Below the pieces are notes generated by a model. That model was not told the DNA's origin. It did not search any database and saw nothing but the letters and a program-made list of their open reading frames with translations. Position numbers and translations under genes: made by a program. DNA of 64,000 nucleotides. It comes from Pecten maximus (Eukaryota). The stretch lies in NCBI RefSeq assembly GCF_902652985.1, contig NC_047020.1, positions 7,440,001-7,504,000 of the forward strand. The letters run 5' to 3'. Below are positions 1 to 15,300 of this stretch, one piece after another. Position 1 is the stretch's first letter, and each line of letters begins with the position of its first letter.

Positions 1-250
1 AAAGAGATTGACAATATAATGAGGCTTGTAGATAACACTAGAGATTGACTCTGGTGAAGTGACAACATGGAAGTGCTGTGAATGTATTTATTTTGGGGTA
101 TTACAATTTTTGGGCCTTAACATAGATTTCTACAATGAAAGTTGTAGTGGACAACAATGTATGGAAATGACATTAAGTTACCTGTCCTCATTGTCAGTTA
201 TAAGACTACCTGATAATGTACTGACTGGATTGATGGTTTATCTCTTACAG

Positions 251-325
251 GTGAAACACTTCACTAAATATGGAATGGACGAGAGTGACGAGGAAGATTT
301 GTCAGACTTGGCACAGAAACAACAG
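251..325 (+). CDS. NUP98: Nup98-96 exon with autoproteolytic site (VKHF/TKYGMDESDEEDLSDLAQKQQ)
   Basis: ttacag acceptor, gtcagt donor; matches the HF/SKYG cleavage motif. Confidence 0.9.
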
Positions 326-3300
326 GTCAGTACTGGTCAGTAGAAATGTCACTGGACAGTCCAGTCTGTGTTGTGTAGCTGATCCCTGTATCAGACGATG
401 GACCCTCCCACGTGGGACGAGAGGCTTGACTCCAAATGTCTTGTTATCTCAACTGTCCAAATCAATCCTGACTGCTGCAGTGGCATCTTTAAACAAAGCG
501 TAAACCTAAACAAGAATAAATTCTCAGAAAAACATCATTTTAGACATTGGAGCAACATTGATATCATGACAGAACAATCATGCTGGCAAAAAAGTGATAA
601 TAATAGTCATTTCAAGTATTATACAGCAAAAGAAACATTGTGGTTCTTTTTCACAAGATTTGTAGGCTACAATACTACAAGAGCCTGAAGATTCCTGTTG
701 TGAATCATGTTTAAATGGTTACTGTTCTGATGTCGAGATGATGAGTACTTGACCTTGGTGTATAGCCCGTCTTTGCCACACTTAAGCTATGCACAGTGCT
801 ATTTTCAAATCGAATGTTACGGACAATATACATCAGCAGCGGAATTAGCAAATTGGTTTCAAAGAAGATTATCCTGATACAAACAGGTGTTATGGACATT
901 TTTCATTACCACCAGAGTTAGCAAATTTTTCTCAATGAGAGTTTATCGTGACGCAAACGAGTGTTATGCACATTTTCCATCATTAGCAGAGTTAGCAAAT
1001 TGTTCTCAAAGAGAATTTATCCTGATACAAAGAAGTGTTATATACATTTTCCATCACAAGCACAGAAAGCAAATTGTTCTCATTGAGAGTTTATCGTGAT
1101 GCAAATGAGTGTTATGGACATTTTTCATCACAAGCACAGACTGCAAATTTTTCTCAAAGAGAGTTCAGCGTGATACAAACGAGTGTTGAAGATATTTTTA
1201 TCACCAGAGTTAACAAATGCTTCTCAAAGAGATTTTATCCTGTTAGAAAACTAGATCTGACATCATAGGTGTGTACTGTGTAGTGTTGGGAATCGGTTGA
1301 ATTTTTGTGATCGATCATCACTTGTGTGTAACCGATCGATGATCGATTAAAATCGATTAATTTCCAAATGTATATTTTGTATTCATGTCTCAATATTTTG
1401 TGAAATGCTTTCAACAACAATTTCAGTTTTAGTTTTAGTCATATTTAAGGTATCAGTACTTAACAGACCTAATGCTTCTTGTTTTCATTAAAAACCAAAA
1501 TGTTTCCATAAAATAGACCCTGTGCGTTTACCGGGAAGAAGGATCGTATACATTGACGTTGCTTCCATAGCTAGTCGCTTATGTTCTCACAAACAAAATC
1601 TTAGTCATCGGTACGTTTGCATTCCTCCTAGTATTACAACACTGTACCAGTTATTGCGACGCTTGATTTTGTATGATACAAGCATAACCATTTCCCGCAA
1701 GCGACTGTGTTGTAGGCCTAGACATTGTCAAGCTGAACTTGCGGATGTTTATCTGAAATCGCAAATATATTTTCATAAAACCTGAAGTAGGGCACTTCCG
1801 ACGAAACTCGATTACATATTTCTTACTCGATTAATTGATCAAACGTCTCAAACAAGTGATACTCGACGAACTCGATTAATCGGAACACCACTAGTACTGT
1901 GTGATTACATACAATTTTACTGGCTTCATTTGATCTAAATATTGACCCATTTATCTCCACTTTACAGCTATATCTATAACATATAATATTAACAATCCAG
2001 TATTTGTTTATAGTAATACATATGTTTAAGAAGAGAAAGCAAGTAAAAATCATACAGAATTATCCTTCAATTATTTCAGAAATTTGAAGGAAAGCTGAAA
2101 ATATTTGAAAATGATATATTTAAAAATTGAACTTTAGGTCTTAAATAATTATTTGTAATTGATGTAGTCCCACATGTCTTGTTCAGATATATGTAATCTA
2201 CACATGTTGTAGGTAATTACTTGGGATTAGTAAAAGTTCATCAATTTTTAAGATTCATCTCTTTTGAACCTGATAAATTCAAATTAATTTCCACTTTTTT
2301 TTTTTAAATTGACAATTTCAAAGAAAGGGTTAAACCTTAACAAAAATATGAAAAAAGGCCCACAGAAAATATTGTGTTACCAATATCATATCATGACACT
2401 AACTTGACATTAAAAACAATATACACGTATAGACATTGATTAAATCTCTTGTTTTTTTTTGTTTTTTTGTTACAGAAATTACAGATGTAATGACACAAAA
2501 TATTATTTTAGTTGATCATGATACGTTTACAGAAATGTAGAAAATACACAATGTTATGTCTAATATGCATGTTATTTTGTCATATTGAAAATAAAAGTAC
2601 TAATCACAAACTGTTGTCTTTTAAATACATTTATTTCAACTCAGAATTAGTTATGTTAGAGAAATACATACCGTACTAATGTGTGAAGAATGTATTGGTA
2701 TAACAGAGTATATCACTACTGTATTGAAATAACTACTGTCTATGATCTTACACATGATTTTAGTATTGGTATAACAGAAACAAGAAGTAAAAACACAGTA
2801 TACCAGTAGTACTTACACATGATTTTAGTATTGGTATAACAGAAACAAGAAGTAAAAACACAGTATACCATTACTGTACTTACACATGATTTTAGTATTG
2901 GTATAACAGAAACAAGAAGTAAAAACACAGTATACCAGTAGTACTTACACATGATTTTAGTATTGGTATAACAGAAACAAGAAGTAAAAACACAGTATAC
3001 CATTACTGTACTTACACATGATTTTAGTATTGGTATAACAGAAACAAGAAGTAAAAACACAGTATACCATTACTGTACTTACAGATGATTTTAGTATTGG
3101 TATAACAGAAACAAGAAGTAAAAACACAGTATACCAGTAGTACTTACACATGATTTTAGTATTGGTATAACAGAAACAAGAAGTAAAAACACAGTATACC
3201 ATTACTGTACTTACAGATGATTTTAGTATTGGTATAATAGAAACAAAACATAAAAACACAGTATACCATTAGTACTTACAGATGATTTTAGTATTGGTAT

Positions 3301-6300
3301 AACAGAAACAAACCATAAAAACAGAGTATACCAGTAGTACTTACAGATGATTTTAGTATTGGTATAACAGAAACAAGAAGTAAAAACAGTATACCACAAC
3401 TGTCAATGGAAAGAATGAACATTGCTGTGTCTACCAAACAAGGCTGGCATATACTCCAGAAGTAAATAGGCCTCATGCTATCTTCAATCCAATTATATTT
3501 GTTTGTTCCAGCAATTCACAACTTAAGTAATGAAACGGTAAGCACATGGATATCTAGTAAAAGATGATTGATAATGAAACCGTAAACACATGGATATCTA
3601 GTAAAGATGATTGATAATGAAACAGTAAACACATGGATATCTAGTAAAGATGATTGATAATGAAACAGTAAACACATGGATATCTAGTAAAGATGATTGA
3701 TAATGAAACGGTAAACATTGATATCTAGTAAAGATGATTGATAATGAAACAGTAAACACATCGATATCTAGTAAAGATGATTGATAATGAAAAAGTAAAC
3801 ACATGGATATCTAGTAAAGATGATTGATAATGAAAAAGTAAACACATGGATATCTAGTAAAGATGATTGATAATGAAACAGTAAACATTGATATCTAGTA
3901 AGGATGATTGATAATGAAACCGTAAACACATCGATATCTAGTAAAGATGATTGATAATGAAACAGTAAACACATGGATATCTAGTAAAGATGATTGATAA
4001 TGAAACAGTAAACATTGATATCTAGTAAAGATGATTGATAATGAAACAGTAAACATTGATATCTAGTAAGGATGATTGGTAATGAAACCGTAAACACATC
4101 GATATCTAGTAAAGATGATTGATAATGAAACAGTAAACACATGGATATCTAGTAAAGATGATTGATAATGAAACAGTAAACATCAATATCTAGTAAAGAT
4201 GATTGGTAATGAAACCGTAAACACATTGATATGTAGTAAAGATGATTGATAATGAAACAGTAAACACATGGATATCTAGTAAAGATGATTGATAATGAAA
4301 CCGTAAACACATGGATATCTAGTAAAGATGATTGATAATGAAACAGTTAACATTGATATCTAGTAAAGATGATTGATAATGAAACAGTAAACACATCGAT
4401 ATCTAGTAAAGATGATTGATAATGAAACAGTAAACACATGGATATCTAGTAAAGATGATTGATAATGAAAAAGTAAACACATGGATATCTAGTAAAGATG
4501 ATTGATAATGAAACAGTAAACATTGATATCTAGTAAGGATGATTGATAATGAAACCGTAAACACATCGATATCTAGTAAAGATGATTGATAATGAAACAG
4601 TAAACACATGGATATCTAGTAAAGATGATTGATAATGAAACAGTAAACATTGATATCTAGTAAAGATGATTGATAATGAAACAGTAAACATTGATATATA
4701 GTAAGGATGATTGGTAATGAAACCGTAAACACATCGATATCTAGTAAAGATGATTGATAATGAAACAGTAAACACATGGATATCTAGTAAAGATGATTGA
4801 TAATGAAACAGTAAACATCAATATCTAGTAAAGATGATTGGTAATGAAACCGTAAACACATTGATATGTAGTAAAGATGATTGATAATGAAACAGTAAAC
4901 ACATGGATATCTAGTAAAGATGATTGATAATGAAACCGTAAACACATGGATATCTAGTAAAGATGATTGATAATGAAACAGTTAACATTGATATCTAGTA
5001 AAGATGATTGATAATGAAACAGTAAACACATCGATATCTAGTAAATATGATTGATAATGAAACAGTAAACACATCGATATCTAGTAAAGATGATTGATAA
5101 TGAAAAAGTAAACACATCGATATCTAGTAAAGATGATTGATAATGAAACAGTAAACATTGATATCTAGTAAGGATGATTGATAATGAAACCGTAAACACA
5201 TCGATATCTAGTAAAGATGATTGATAATGAAACAGTAAACACATGGATATCTAGTAAAGATGATTGATAATGAAACAGTAAACATCAATATCTAGTAAAG
5301 ATGATTGGTAATGAAACCGTAAACACATGGATATCTAGTAAAGATGATTGATAATGAAACAGTAAACACATGGATATCTAGTAAAGATGATTGATAATGA
5401 AACAGTAAACACATGGATATCTAGTAAAGATGATTGATAATGAAACCGTAAACACATTGATATGTAGTAAAGATGATTGATATTGATGTCATTTTTCAAT
5501 GACATCAACACTGAATTGATAAACATACATGCCAGAAATCAACATACAATATGATAATATCTTCAAGAAATAACGAGAAAATTACATGTTTCAAATTCTG
5601 TGCATGTGTGTTCAGGACAGTTTTGCTATTGTTTTTACTGGTAACAGTATTTGGAGACAATACAAGCACACTCGCTATACCTATTAAAAAAAATGGTGTC
5701 CAGATTATGTATAATAAAGGTTACCTCCATAATAAGTCATTCTAACTTACGAAATATCAATTGAAAACATGCACAACTTTAATGTTGAAAACAGCCCAAC
5801 TTCATCAGGAAACATTTATTCTTGTACACAGAATGAATAAGTGAAATGCGAGAAGTTATTTCACAAACACAATTCTTGTGTTAAGAAAAAATTGTTGGAG
5901 TACTGGTGTCAAAGGTGAGTGGGGGAAATTTGGACAAAACATTTAAAATGTGAAAGTCAGTTTTGTACTGAATTTTTAGAAATTATAACTTGTGGTAAAG
6001 TGATGTCAGATATGGTATAATTCCTAAGGTGATACACCTTCCATGAGATTGTTGCCAGGGTATAATGAAATGGCATTAAAACGATAAAATTCATAGCAGG
6101 GTATACTGGAATTGCCCTGAAATAAAATGTTATGATGTGGTCCGCATCCCTTGAGAATGTTGCCAGGGTATACTGGAATCACCCTGCTATATATAATGAA
6201 TGTCTTTGGTATTATTTGGTATGTAAGCGATAGTGCAATCGACAGTGAAAAATAAGAAAACAAATTTTGTAGACTTGTAGTTGACATAAAAGGGATGGTG

Positions 6301-9300
6301 AGTACAGCTTTATACGATTACCACCAATAACAAAAAAGAGGACTGTGATAGCAGAAGGTTGGCACCTTCGGAGAGTATTACTTATCCTTGGGGAAGATAA
6401 TTCTAGTTACAGTTGCATTGGTTCTAGTTAGAATTGGATTAAATTAGAATATTTTGGAAGCAAAATAATTTCGTCTGTCAAAATGTGATTTGTTAATAGA
6501 TACTATGAAATAAATAGCTTACATTTGAAAACTTATAGGGTTGATTACTAAGAAACTTTACATACCAGTATCTATTTAACTGTGTTTGATCATTGTTGAC
6601 TTTCATCATCATGATGGTTTTTTCATCCTCATCACCATTTTTTCATCCTGGTCATTTCAGAAACCTGGTCAACAGAAGCCTGGCTTGTCAAAACAGCTGC
6701 CCCCACATGTAGGACATGGACAGTCATATATCCCTCAACAGCCTACCAATGGTGCGGCACCACCCCCAAAGTTCTCATTAGATATATCACAGCCAGCAAT
6801 GGATGACCGCCCTGTCCCTATGGGGGATGATGATGATGTTCCAGACCTCTCACACAATGACATCCCAGAGGAATATATCGATGATATGGGTACTAAACAT
6901 ATTTACAAAGCTGATCTCTGGTACATTGTATTTACAAAGCTGATCTCTGGTACATTGTATTTACAAAGCTGATCTCTGATACATTGTATTTACAAAGCTG
7001 ATCTCTGGTACATTGTATTTACAAAGCTGATCTCTGGTACATTGTATTTACAAAGCTGATCTCTGATACATTATATTTACAAAGCTGATCTCTGGTACAT
7101 TGTATTTACAAAGTTGATCTCTGGTACATTGTATTTACAAAGCTGATCTCTGATACATTGTATTTACAAAGCTGATCTCTGGTACATTGTATTTACAAAG
7201 CTGATCTCTGGTACATTGTATTTAAAGCTGATCTCTGGTACATTGTACATTGTATTTACAAAGCTGATCTCTGATACATTGTATTTACAAAGCTGATCTC
7301 TGATACATTGTATTTACAAAGCTGATCTCTGGTACATTGTATTTACAAAGCTGATCTCTGGTACATTGTACATTGTATTGACAAAGCTGATCTCTGATAC
7401 ATTGTACATTGTATTTACAAAGCTGATCTCTGGTACATTGTACATTGTATTTACAAAGCTGATCTCTGATACATTGTATTTACAAAGTTGATCTTTGATA
7501 CATTGTACATTGTATTTACAAACCTGCATTGTATTTACAAAGCTGATCTCTGATACATTGTACATTGTATTTACAAAGCTGATCTCTGGTACATTGTATT
7601 TACAAAGCTGATCTCTGGTACATTGTATTTACAAACCTGATACATTGTACATTGTATTTCTGTGTAGGTGACGAGGACTTGGATGATCAGGATGAAGGGC
7701 CAGCCTCCCACAGACTAGCAGCCAGTATGGGAGTCAGTGCCCATAGCATGCAGATGATGAAGGCATCCTTCTTCGGGGATGAGGAACAGCATAATGGAGG
7801 AGGTAAGAAATATGTAAAATATTAACAGTATTTGTGAAATACATCCCTATGAAGATTACATAGTTGGCTGCGTTTCTTGTGTTATAGTAATAAACAGTAA
7901 TATTTTATCTTTATTTTCATGCTAGAAGCATTGCACTACATTTAGCACTACCAGTTATTCTAGTTACACTTTTTCTGTAGCAAACCATGATGGTGAATGA
8001 ATTCATAACTGCTCTAATTGTTTCAGATTTGATAAGGCTTTAATTTAGGTGTGCCAAATAAAGTATATTGATAGTATCTGGTTGAAATAGTTCATCCTGG
8101 ATTACCAAAACTAGTTTCCTTATATACAGATAGAGACAAGGCGATAGAGAAACGCCACGAGACAACAGACAAACACGGACCTAGTCTCTTTAGCTCAGCC
8201 TACAAATCCAAGTGTATGTCTCCTGTCAAACTGTCACAGATGCCACAGACCACAGACTTTAGGGAACAACAAGGTAAGAATGATCTGGTAAAGGTTACAT
8301 CATCAACCTTATAACAACACAGATCTGGTAAAGGTTACATCGTCAACCTTATAACAACACAGATCTGGTAAAGGTTACATTGTCAACCTTATAACAACAC
8401 AGATCTGGTAAAGGTTACATCGTCAACCTTATAACAACACACATCTGGTAAAGGTTACATCGTCAACCTTATAACAACACAGATCTGGTAAAGGATACAT
8501 TGTACATTGTATTTCTGTGTAGGTGACGAGGACTTGGATGATCAGGATGAAGGGCCAGCCTCCCACAGACTAGCAGCCAGTATGGGAGTCAGTGCCCATA
8601 GCATGCAGATGATGAAGGCATCCTTCTTCGGGGATGAGGAACAGCATAATGGAGGAGGTAAGAAATATGTAAAATATTAACAGTATTTGTGAAATACATC
8701 TCTATGAAGATTACATAGTTGGCTGCGTTTCTTGTGTTATAGTAATAAACAGTAATATTTTATCTTTATTTTCATGCTAGAAGCATTGCACTACATTATG
8801 ATAGCACTACCAGTTATTCTAGTTACACTTTTTCTGTAGCAAACCATGATGGTGAATGAATTCATAACTGCTCTAATTGTTTCAGATTTGATAAGGCTTA
8901 AATTTAGGTGTGCCAAATAAAGTATATTGATAGTATCTGGTTGAAATAATTCATCCTGGATTACCAGAACTAGTTTCCTTATATACAGATAGAGACAAGG
9001 CGATAGAGAAACGCCACGAGACAACAGACAAACATGGACCTAGTCTCTTTAGCTCAGCCTACAAATCCAAGTGTATGTCTCCTGTCAAACTGTCACAGAT
9101 GCCACAGACCACAGACTTTAGGGAACAACAAGGTAAGGATGATCTGGTAAAGGTTACATCATCAACCTTATAACAACACAGATCTGGTAAAGGTAACATC
9201 GTCAACCTTATAACAACACACATCTGGTAAAGGTTACATCGTCAACCTTATAACAACACAGATCTGGTAAAGGTAACATTGTCAACCTTATAACAACACA

Positions 9301-12300
9301 GATCTGGTAAAGGTAACATCGTCAACCTTATAACAACACACATCTGGTAAAGGTTACATCGTCAACCTTATAACAACACAGATCTGGTAAAGGTTACATC
9401 ATCTACCTTATAACAACACAGATCTGGTAAAGGTTACATCGTCAACCTTACAACAACACAGATCTGGTAAAGGTAACATCGTCAACCTTATAACAACACA
9501 TATCTGGTAAAGGTTACATCGTCAACCTTATTAACAACACAGATCTGGTAAAGGTTACATCATCAACCTTATAACAACACAGATCTGGTAAAGGTTACAT
9601 CGTCAACCTTACAACACAGATCTAGTAAAGGTTACATCATCAACCTTATAACACAGATCTGGTAAAGGTTACATTGTCTACCTTATAACAACACAGATCT
9701 GGTAAAGGTTACATTGTCAACCTTATAACAACACAGATCTGATAAAGGTTACATCGTCAACCTTATAACAACACAGATCTGGTAAAGGTTACATTGTCAA
9801 CCTTATAACAACACAGATCTGGTAAAGGTTACATCATCAACCTTATAACAACACAGATCTGGTAAAGGTTACATTGTCAACCTTATAACAACACAGATCT
9901 GGTAAAGGTTACATCATCAACCTTATAACAACACACGTTTACAAAATAATCTACACCTACACTGAACAAATCTACCAAGAGACAATTCCAGTACCTACCG
10001 GCCTACACTAGTACACTAGGTTTGTCAATTTAACACAGAAAGAAGTTATTTGATTAAGTACCATATCATAGTCACACCATATCCACAACCTTCCAGGAAC
10101 TAATTTCCCTATTTCTGGAGTATTCCCATGTTGTATATACTGGAATTAGCCCTAAGAACACTTAGCTTCACATAATTTACATACAGACACAAGCATTGAA
10201 GGAAAAGTACAAAATCCAGCACTTCTTTACAAAGAAGATGCTGAATATGAATTTTTTGATCAAACATTATAACTGAACTTGTAGTCTGTATGAACTATAA
10301 CAGTTACTTTGCAATGTTTGTATTATATATACATTTCGCATGTACTATATTTCATGGGGAAATCCTGTGTATTTATTAGTGAATTAGTGAATGCTATTCC
10401 AATATTGATAATAATCTGTGATTTGAAATCAGGAATAAGTTTTGTTAATCACTTGCAATATTAAAATGACTCATACACTCCTAAATCTAGATGTTAGATA
10501 AAAATAAATTGGCAAACTTCAGTTAACATACCTCTTTATGTATTTTCCATTTCTGTATTACTAATCAGGAATGTTTCCACCTCGTATCCATACACCTGAA
10601 CCTATACGACCTGCTAAGAAGAATTTCCAGTACCCACCTGTGGCTGAACACATGACTCTAGCTAGTGGAATGAAGCGTGAGGATTTCCCACAGAAGATTG
10701 TTGGCTCCCGTGTCCAGAGAGAAATTCCTGAGTATTCCAAATCGGAAATGTATGGGAAACAGAATCTGATAAAAGATGCCGCTTTGTTTATGGGACGGTC
10801 ATTCCGTGTGGGCTGGGGACCAAACTGGACACTCGCCCATTGTGGAACACCTATTACAAAGGAGATCACAGGTACAGTAAACAAGTCAAAGTTCATGTTG
10901 TTATCATTCTGTATTGTATGGGGACCAGACAAGTCCATTGTGACATGTTTAATATTTAAAAACGATATCTCAAGTAGAGGACTCTGTGTCAAGAGACTGC
11001 CAAGGGAAGTAAATAGAAACTAGATTCAAGGTCACAGAGGTCAAATTTGTTGAAACATTCAAATTACTTCTCAATAACCAAAAAAGCCCAGAATCATGAT
11101 ATTCAGATGGGAGGTTCCTGGCATGGAGCCCCACAAACTTTATGAAAAGCAATGACTTTGACCATATTAAATTCACGGAGGTCAAATGTATTAAAACATT
11201 CTATTGATTTCTTCTCACAAACCTAAAGGCCTAGAATAATATTTTGATGGTAGGTTCTTAGGATGGAGCCCCACAAAGTTTGCCAAAAGAAATGACCCTG
11301 TTTCTATATGATTTACAATCACTGCCACTGTGAAATATTCTTGTATTTATGGCTATCATTAGCTGATTCAAATGTCTGCATTTTTATCCTTAAATAAAGC
11401 CCCTTGTCTAGTGTAATAGTTTTAGTTTTGAAGTTTATTTCTGAATCAATTTAAGCTTAGTATTTTAAAATTGATAATTTTACAAAAAAATTGCAAATAG
11501 AGACAGTTATCGAGAGATTTTCTAAAAAGTTTTTAAGTAAGATATCAGGAGTTTTTGAGGAGTAACCATTTAGGATCACATTTCTGTTACAGAAGAGAAG
11601 GATGTGGTTGGGTTCTCACTGTTGTCGGGTGGGAGAACACGGCCTGCTGTAGACAGTACATACGAGTGGAAGGTCACCATGGAGAAGGTTGATGTGGCCG
11701 GCTACTTCAGGCAGGAGGACACAACTGTGGTGGTTAGTTTAAACATAGTTCTAGTTCATGACATACCAGTGAAAATGTCCTCTGATTCCAATAACCAAGT
11801 TATTGTGTAATATTTCAAACTTGAAAGAATTCGCGTATAAAACTAATGAGTTGAGTACTGAGAATTGTGAACAGAAGACATCATACCCCAGACTTTTACC
11901 TGTAAGTCCCATATATGTCTCATTGCTCTATAGTCCACCCCACCAGTAAAATTCTATTCTGTCCAGTTTCCAGATTTAGATTATCACTGTGTTTATTTTC
12001 ATTATCTATACTACATCCAAATAATATTCTATCAGTTACAAATAATCTAACTACTTACGGTATCTTGAAACTACGCCAATCAGTTTCTGTCTGAATTCCT
12101 AAATAACACTGCACGCATGTTTCTTTTAAAATAACTGCACCTGACTATCTCCTGTCAAACAAATCTGCTTTGGTCAATTTCTTTGAATTAAATCCTCTGT
12201 AACTTGTTCCAGAATAACTGTTCTTATCTCTATCTATCTAGCACAACCACGAGGAACTCCTGATGATCCAACTCGACCACTCGGAGAAGACGAGGTCCGA

Positions 12301-15300
12301 TTCCTGTCCTCACTTTGTACCTAGTCCAGGAGTGGATGCCCTACATCAGTATGCAGACAGGGCCAAGCTCGACAAACAGGATACTGGTAAGGTTCACAAT
12401 AGAAATCTTTATAGTAGTCACATGTTAAATGGTCACAGTATTTAGTTGTGTATCATTTTAGCTGCATTGTGACCTTTCAAACATTGTTCCTAGATAAATC
12501 TAGGTTAACATGTCCAAGATAAAAGGGGGTTGTGATATCAAGATAAACTGATCTTTTAAGGTGATATAAAAATATCAAAGATAAATGGATATTAAGATGT
12601 CTAGGTAAGATGAAAATTAAGATATGTAAGATAAAAAGCGTATTGTGATATCGAGATAAAATTATAAAATTTCAAGGTAAAAAATGAGAATATTTAAGAT
12701 AAGTGGATAAAGTAAGCGCACTTTGTTGCTTGCATATTTGGAGGATTTCAGAGAAAGGATAATATATGCTCACAGACCTGATTTAAACATTTACAGAGGG
12801 ACACCCAGATTATGACTCATTGAGTCACATGACCACAGTGTTTGACTTGTGCGTATCATTATGGGGACGGTTACCAGCCTTCCCAGACCTTGGTAGGTAC
12901 AGAAATTGGACTGTGTTACAGCTTAAATACTGAGAGATACATATTATAGTGCATGATTTTTAACCAGTAGCTACTGTGATTGTGTTGTAATTCACCAAGT
13001 CATTGCTTTAATTTTACTGCTTCAATTTTAATGATTCGAATGGTTGGTCTTTAACGTGAGAGATCATCTGGTTATCCTAGAGTTGATGACATTGAAATGC
13101 TGTTGTAGATGATATAGTAACATGAGTGATCGAGCTGGCTATCTTAGAGTGACATTGAAATGCCGTTGTAGATGATATAGTAACACTAGTGATCGAGCTG
13201 GCTATCTTAGAGTGACATTGAAATGCCGTTGTAGATGATATAGTAACATGAGTGATCGAGCTGGTTATCTTAGAGTGACATTGAAATGCTGTTGTAGATG
13301 ATATAGTAACATGAGTGATCGAGCTGGTTATTAGGTCATCTGACCCGAAGGGTCAGGATGACCTATAGTCATCATGCTTGTCCGTCGTCGTGCGCCGTGC
13401 GCCGTCCGCCGTCCGCCGTGCGCCGTGCGTAAACTTTTCACATTTCAAACTTCTTCTCAAGTTCCATCAGTGGGATTGAGTTGAAACTTGCCTGAAATGA
13501 TGCTGGGATGGTCCTGACCAAGTGTTGTTATTTTTCGGGTCAGTCTGAAATCCAAGATGGCCGCCACAGCCGCCATTTTGAAAACACATTTGAAACTTCT
13601 TCTCAAGTTCCACTGGTGAGATTGAGCTGAAACTTGCCTGAAAGTATCCTGGGATGGTCCTGAGGAAGTGTTGTTATTTTTCAGGTCGGTCAGAAATCCA
13701 AGATGGCCGCCATGGCAACCATCTTGAAAAACACATTTTAAACTTCTTCTCCAGTTCCACTGGTGCCATTGACCTGGAAATTAGTGAGGATGTTAAGGAA
13801 GGAGAGCCAACAAAGTGTTGTTATTTTTTGGCCCCGTAAAAACTTCGACATGGCAGCCATGGCGGCCATTTTGTAAAATGATTGCGCAATCATGGTTCTT
13901 CTAAACAACACCTATTTAAAACTTCTTCTCAAATTCCACCAGTGGGATTCAGCTCTTACTTACCAGAAATGATCCTGAGATGGTCCTGAGGAAGTGTTGT
14001 TATTTTTCGGGTCGGTCAGAAATCCAAGATGGCCGCCATGGCAACCATCTTGAAAAACACATTTTAAACTTCTTCTCCCGTTCCACTGGTGCCATTGAGC
14101 TGGAAATTGGTGAGGATGTTAAGGAAGGAGAGCCAACAAAGTGTTGTTATTTTGCGACCCCGTAAAAACTTTGACATGGCAGCCATGGCGGCCATTTTGA
14201 AAAGTGATTGCGCAATCATGGTTCTTTTAAACAACACCTATTTAAAACTTCTTCTCAAATTCCATCAGTGGGATTGAGCTGCAACTTGCCTGAAATGATG
14301 CTGGGATGGTCCTGACCAAGTGTTGTTATTTTTCGGGTCGGTCAGAAATCCAAGATGGCCGCCATGGCAACCATGTTGAAAAACACATTTTAAACTTCTT
14401 CTCCAGTTCCACTGGTGCCATTGAGCTGGAAATTGGTGAGGATGTTAAGGAAGGAAAGCCAACAAAGTGTTGTTATTTTTCGACCCCGTAAAAACTTTGA
14501 CATGGCAGCCACGGCGGCCATTTTGTAAAGTGATTGCGCAATCATGGTTCTTCTAAACAACACCTATTTAAAACTTCTTCTCAAATTCCATCAGTTGGAT
14601 TGAGCTGCAACTTGCCTGAAATGATGCTGGGATGGTCCTGACCAAGTGTTGTTATTTTTCGGGTCAGTCCGAAATCCAAGATGGCCGCCATAGCCGCCAT
14701 TTTGAAAACACATTTTAAACTTCCTCTCAAGTTCCACCAGAGCTGTTGGGCTGAAACTTGCCTGAAATGATCCTGAGATGATCCCGACCAAGTGTTGTTA
14801 TTTTTCGGGTCGGTCCGAAATCCAAGATGGCCGCCATAGCCGCCATCTTGAAAAACACATTTTAAACTTCTTCTCAAAATTCACCAATGCTATTGAGCTG
14901 AAACTTGCCTGTAATGATTCTGATATGATCCCGACCAAGTGTTGTTATTTTTCGGGTCGGTCCGAAATCCAAGATGGCCTCCATAGCCGCCATCTTGAAA
15001 AACACATTTAAACTTCTTCTCCAGTTCCACTGGTGCCATTGAGGTGGAAATTGGTGAGGATGTTAAGGAAGGAGGGCCAACAAAGTGTTGTTAATTTTTC
15101 GGCCTCGTAAAAACTTTGACATGGCAGCAATGGCGGCCATTTTGTAACATGATTACGCAATCATGGTTTTCCTGAACAACACCTATTTCAAACTTCTTCT
15201 CAAATTCCACCGGTGGGATTCAGCTGTAACTTACCAGAAATTATCCTTAGATGGTCCAGACCAAGTGTTATTATTTATTGGGTCAGTCAGAAATCCAAGA

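Larger units (their letters stand above)
8282..9935. repeat. 40-bp minisatellite (two blocks, 8282-8493 and 9141-9935)
   Basis: Unit gatctggtaaaggttacatcgtcaaccttataacaacaca, starting just after each duplicated donor. Confidence 0.93.
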
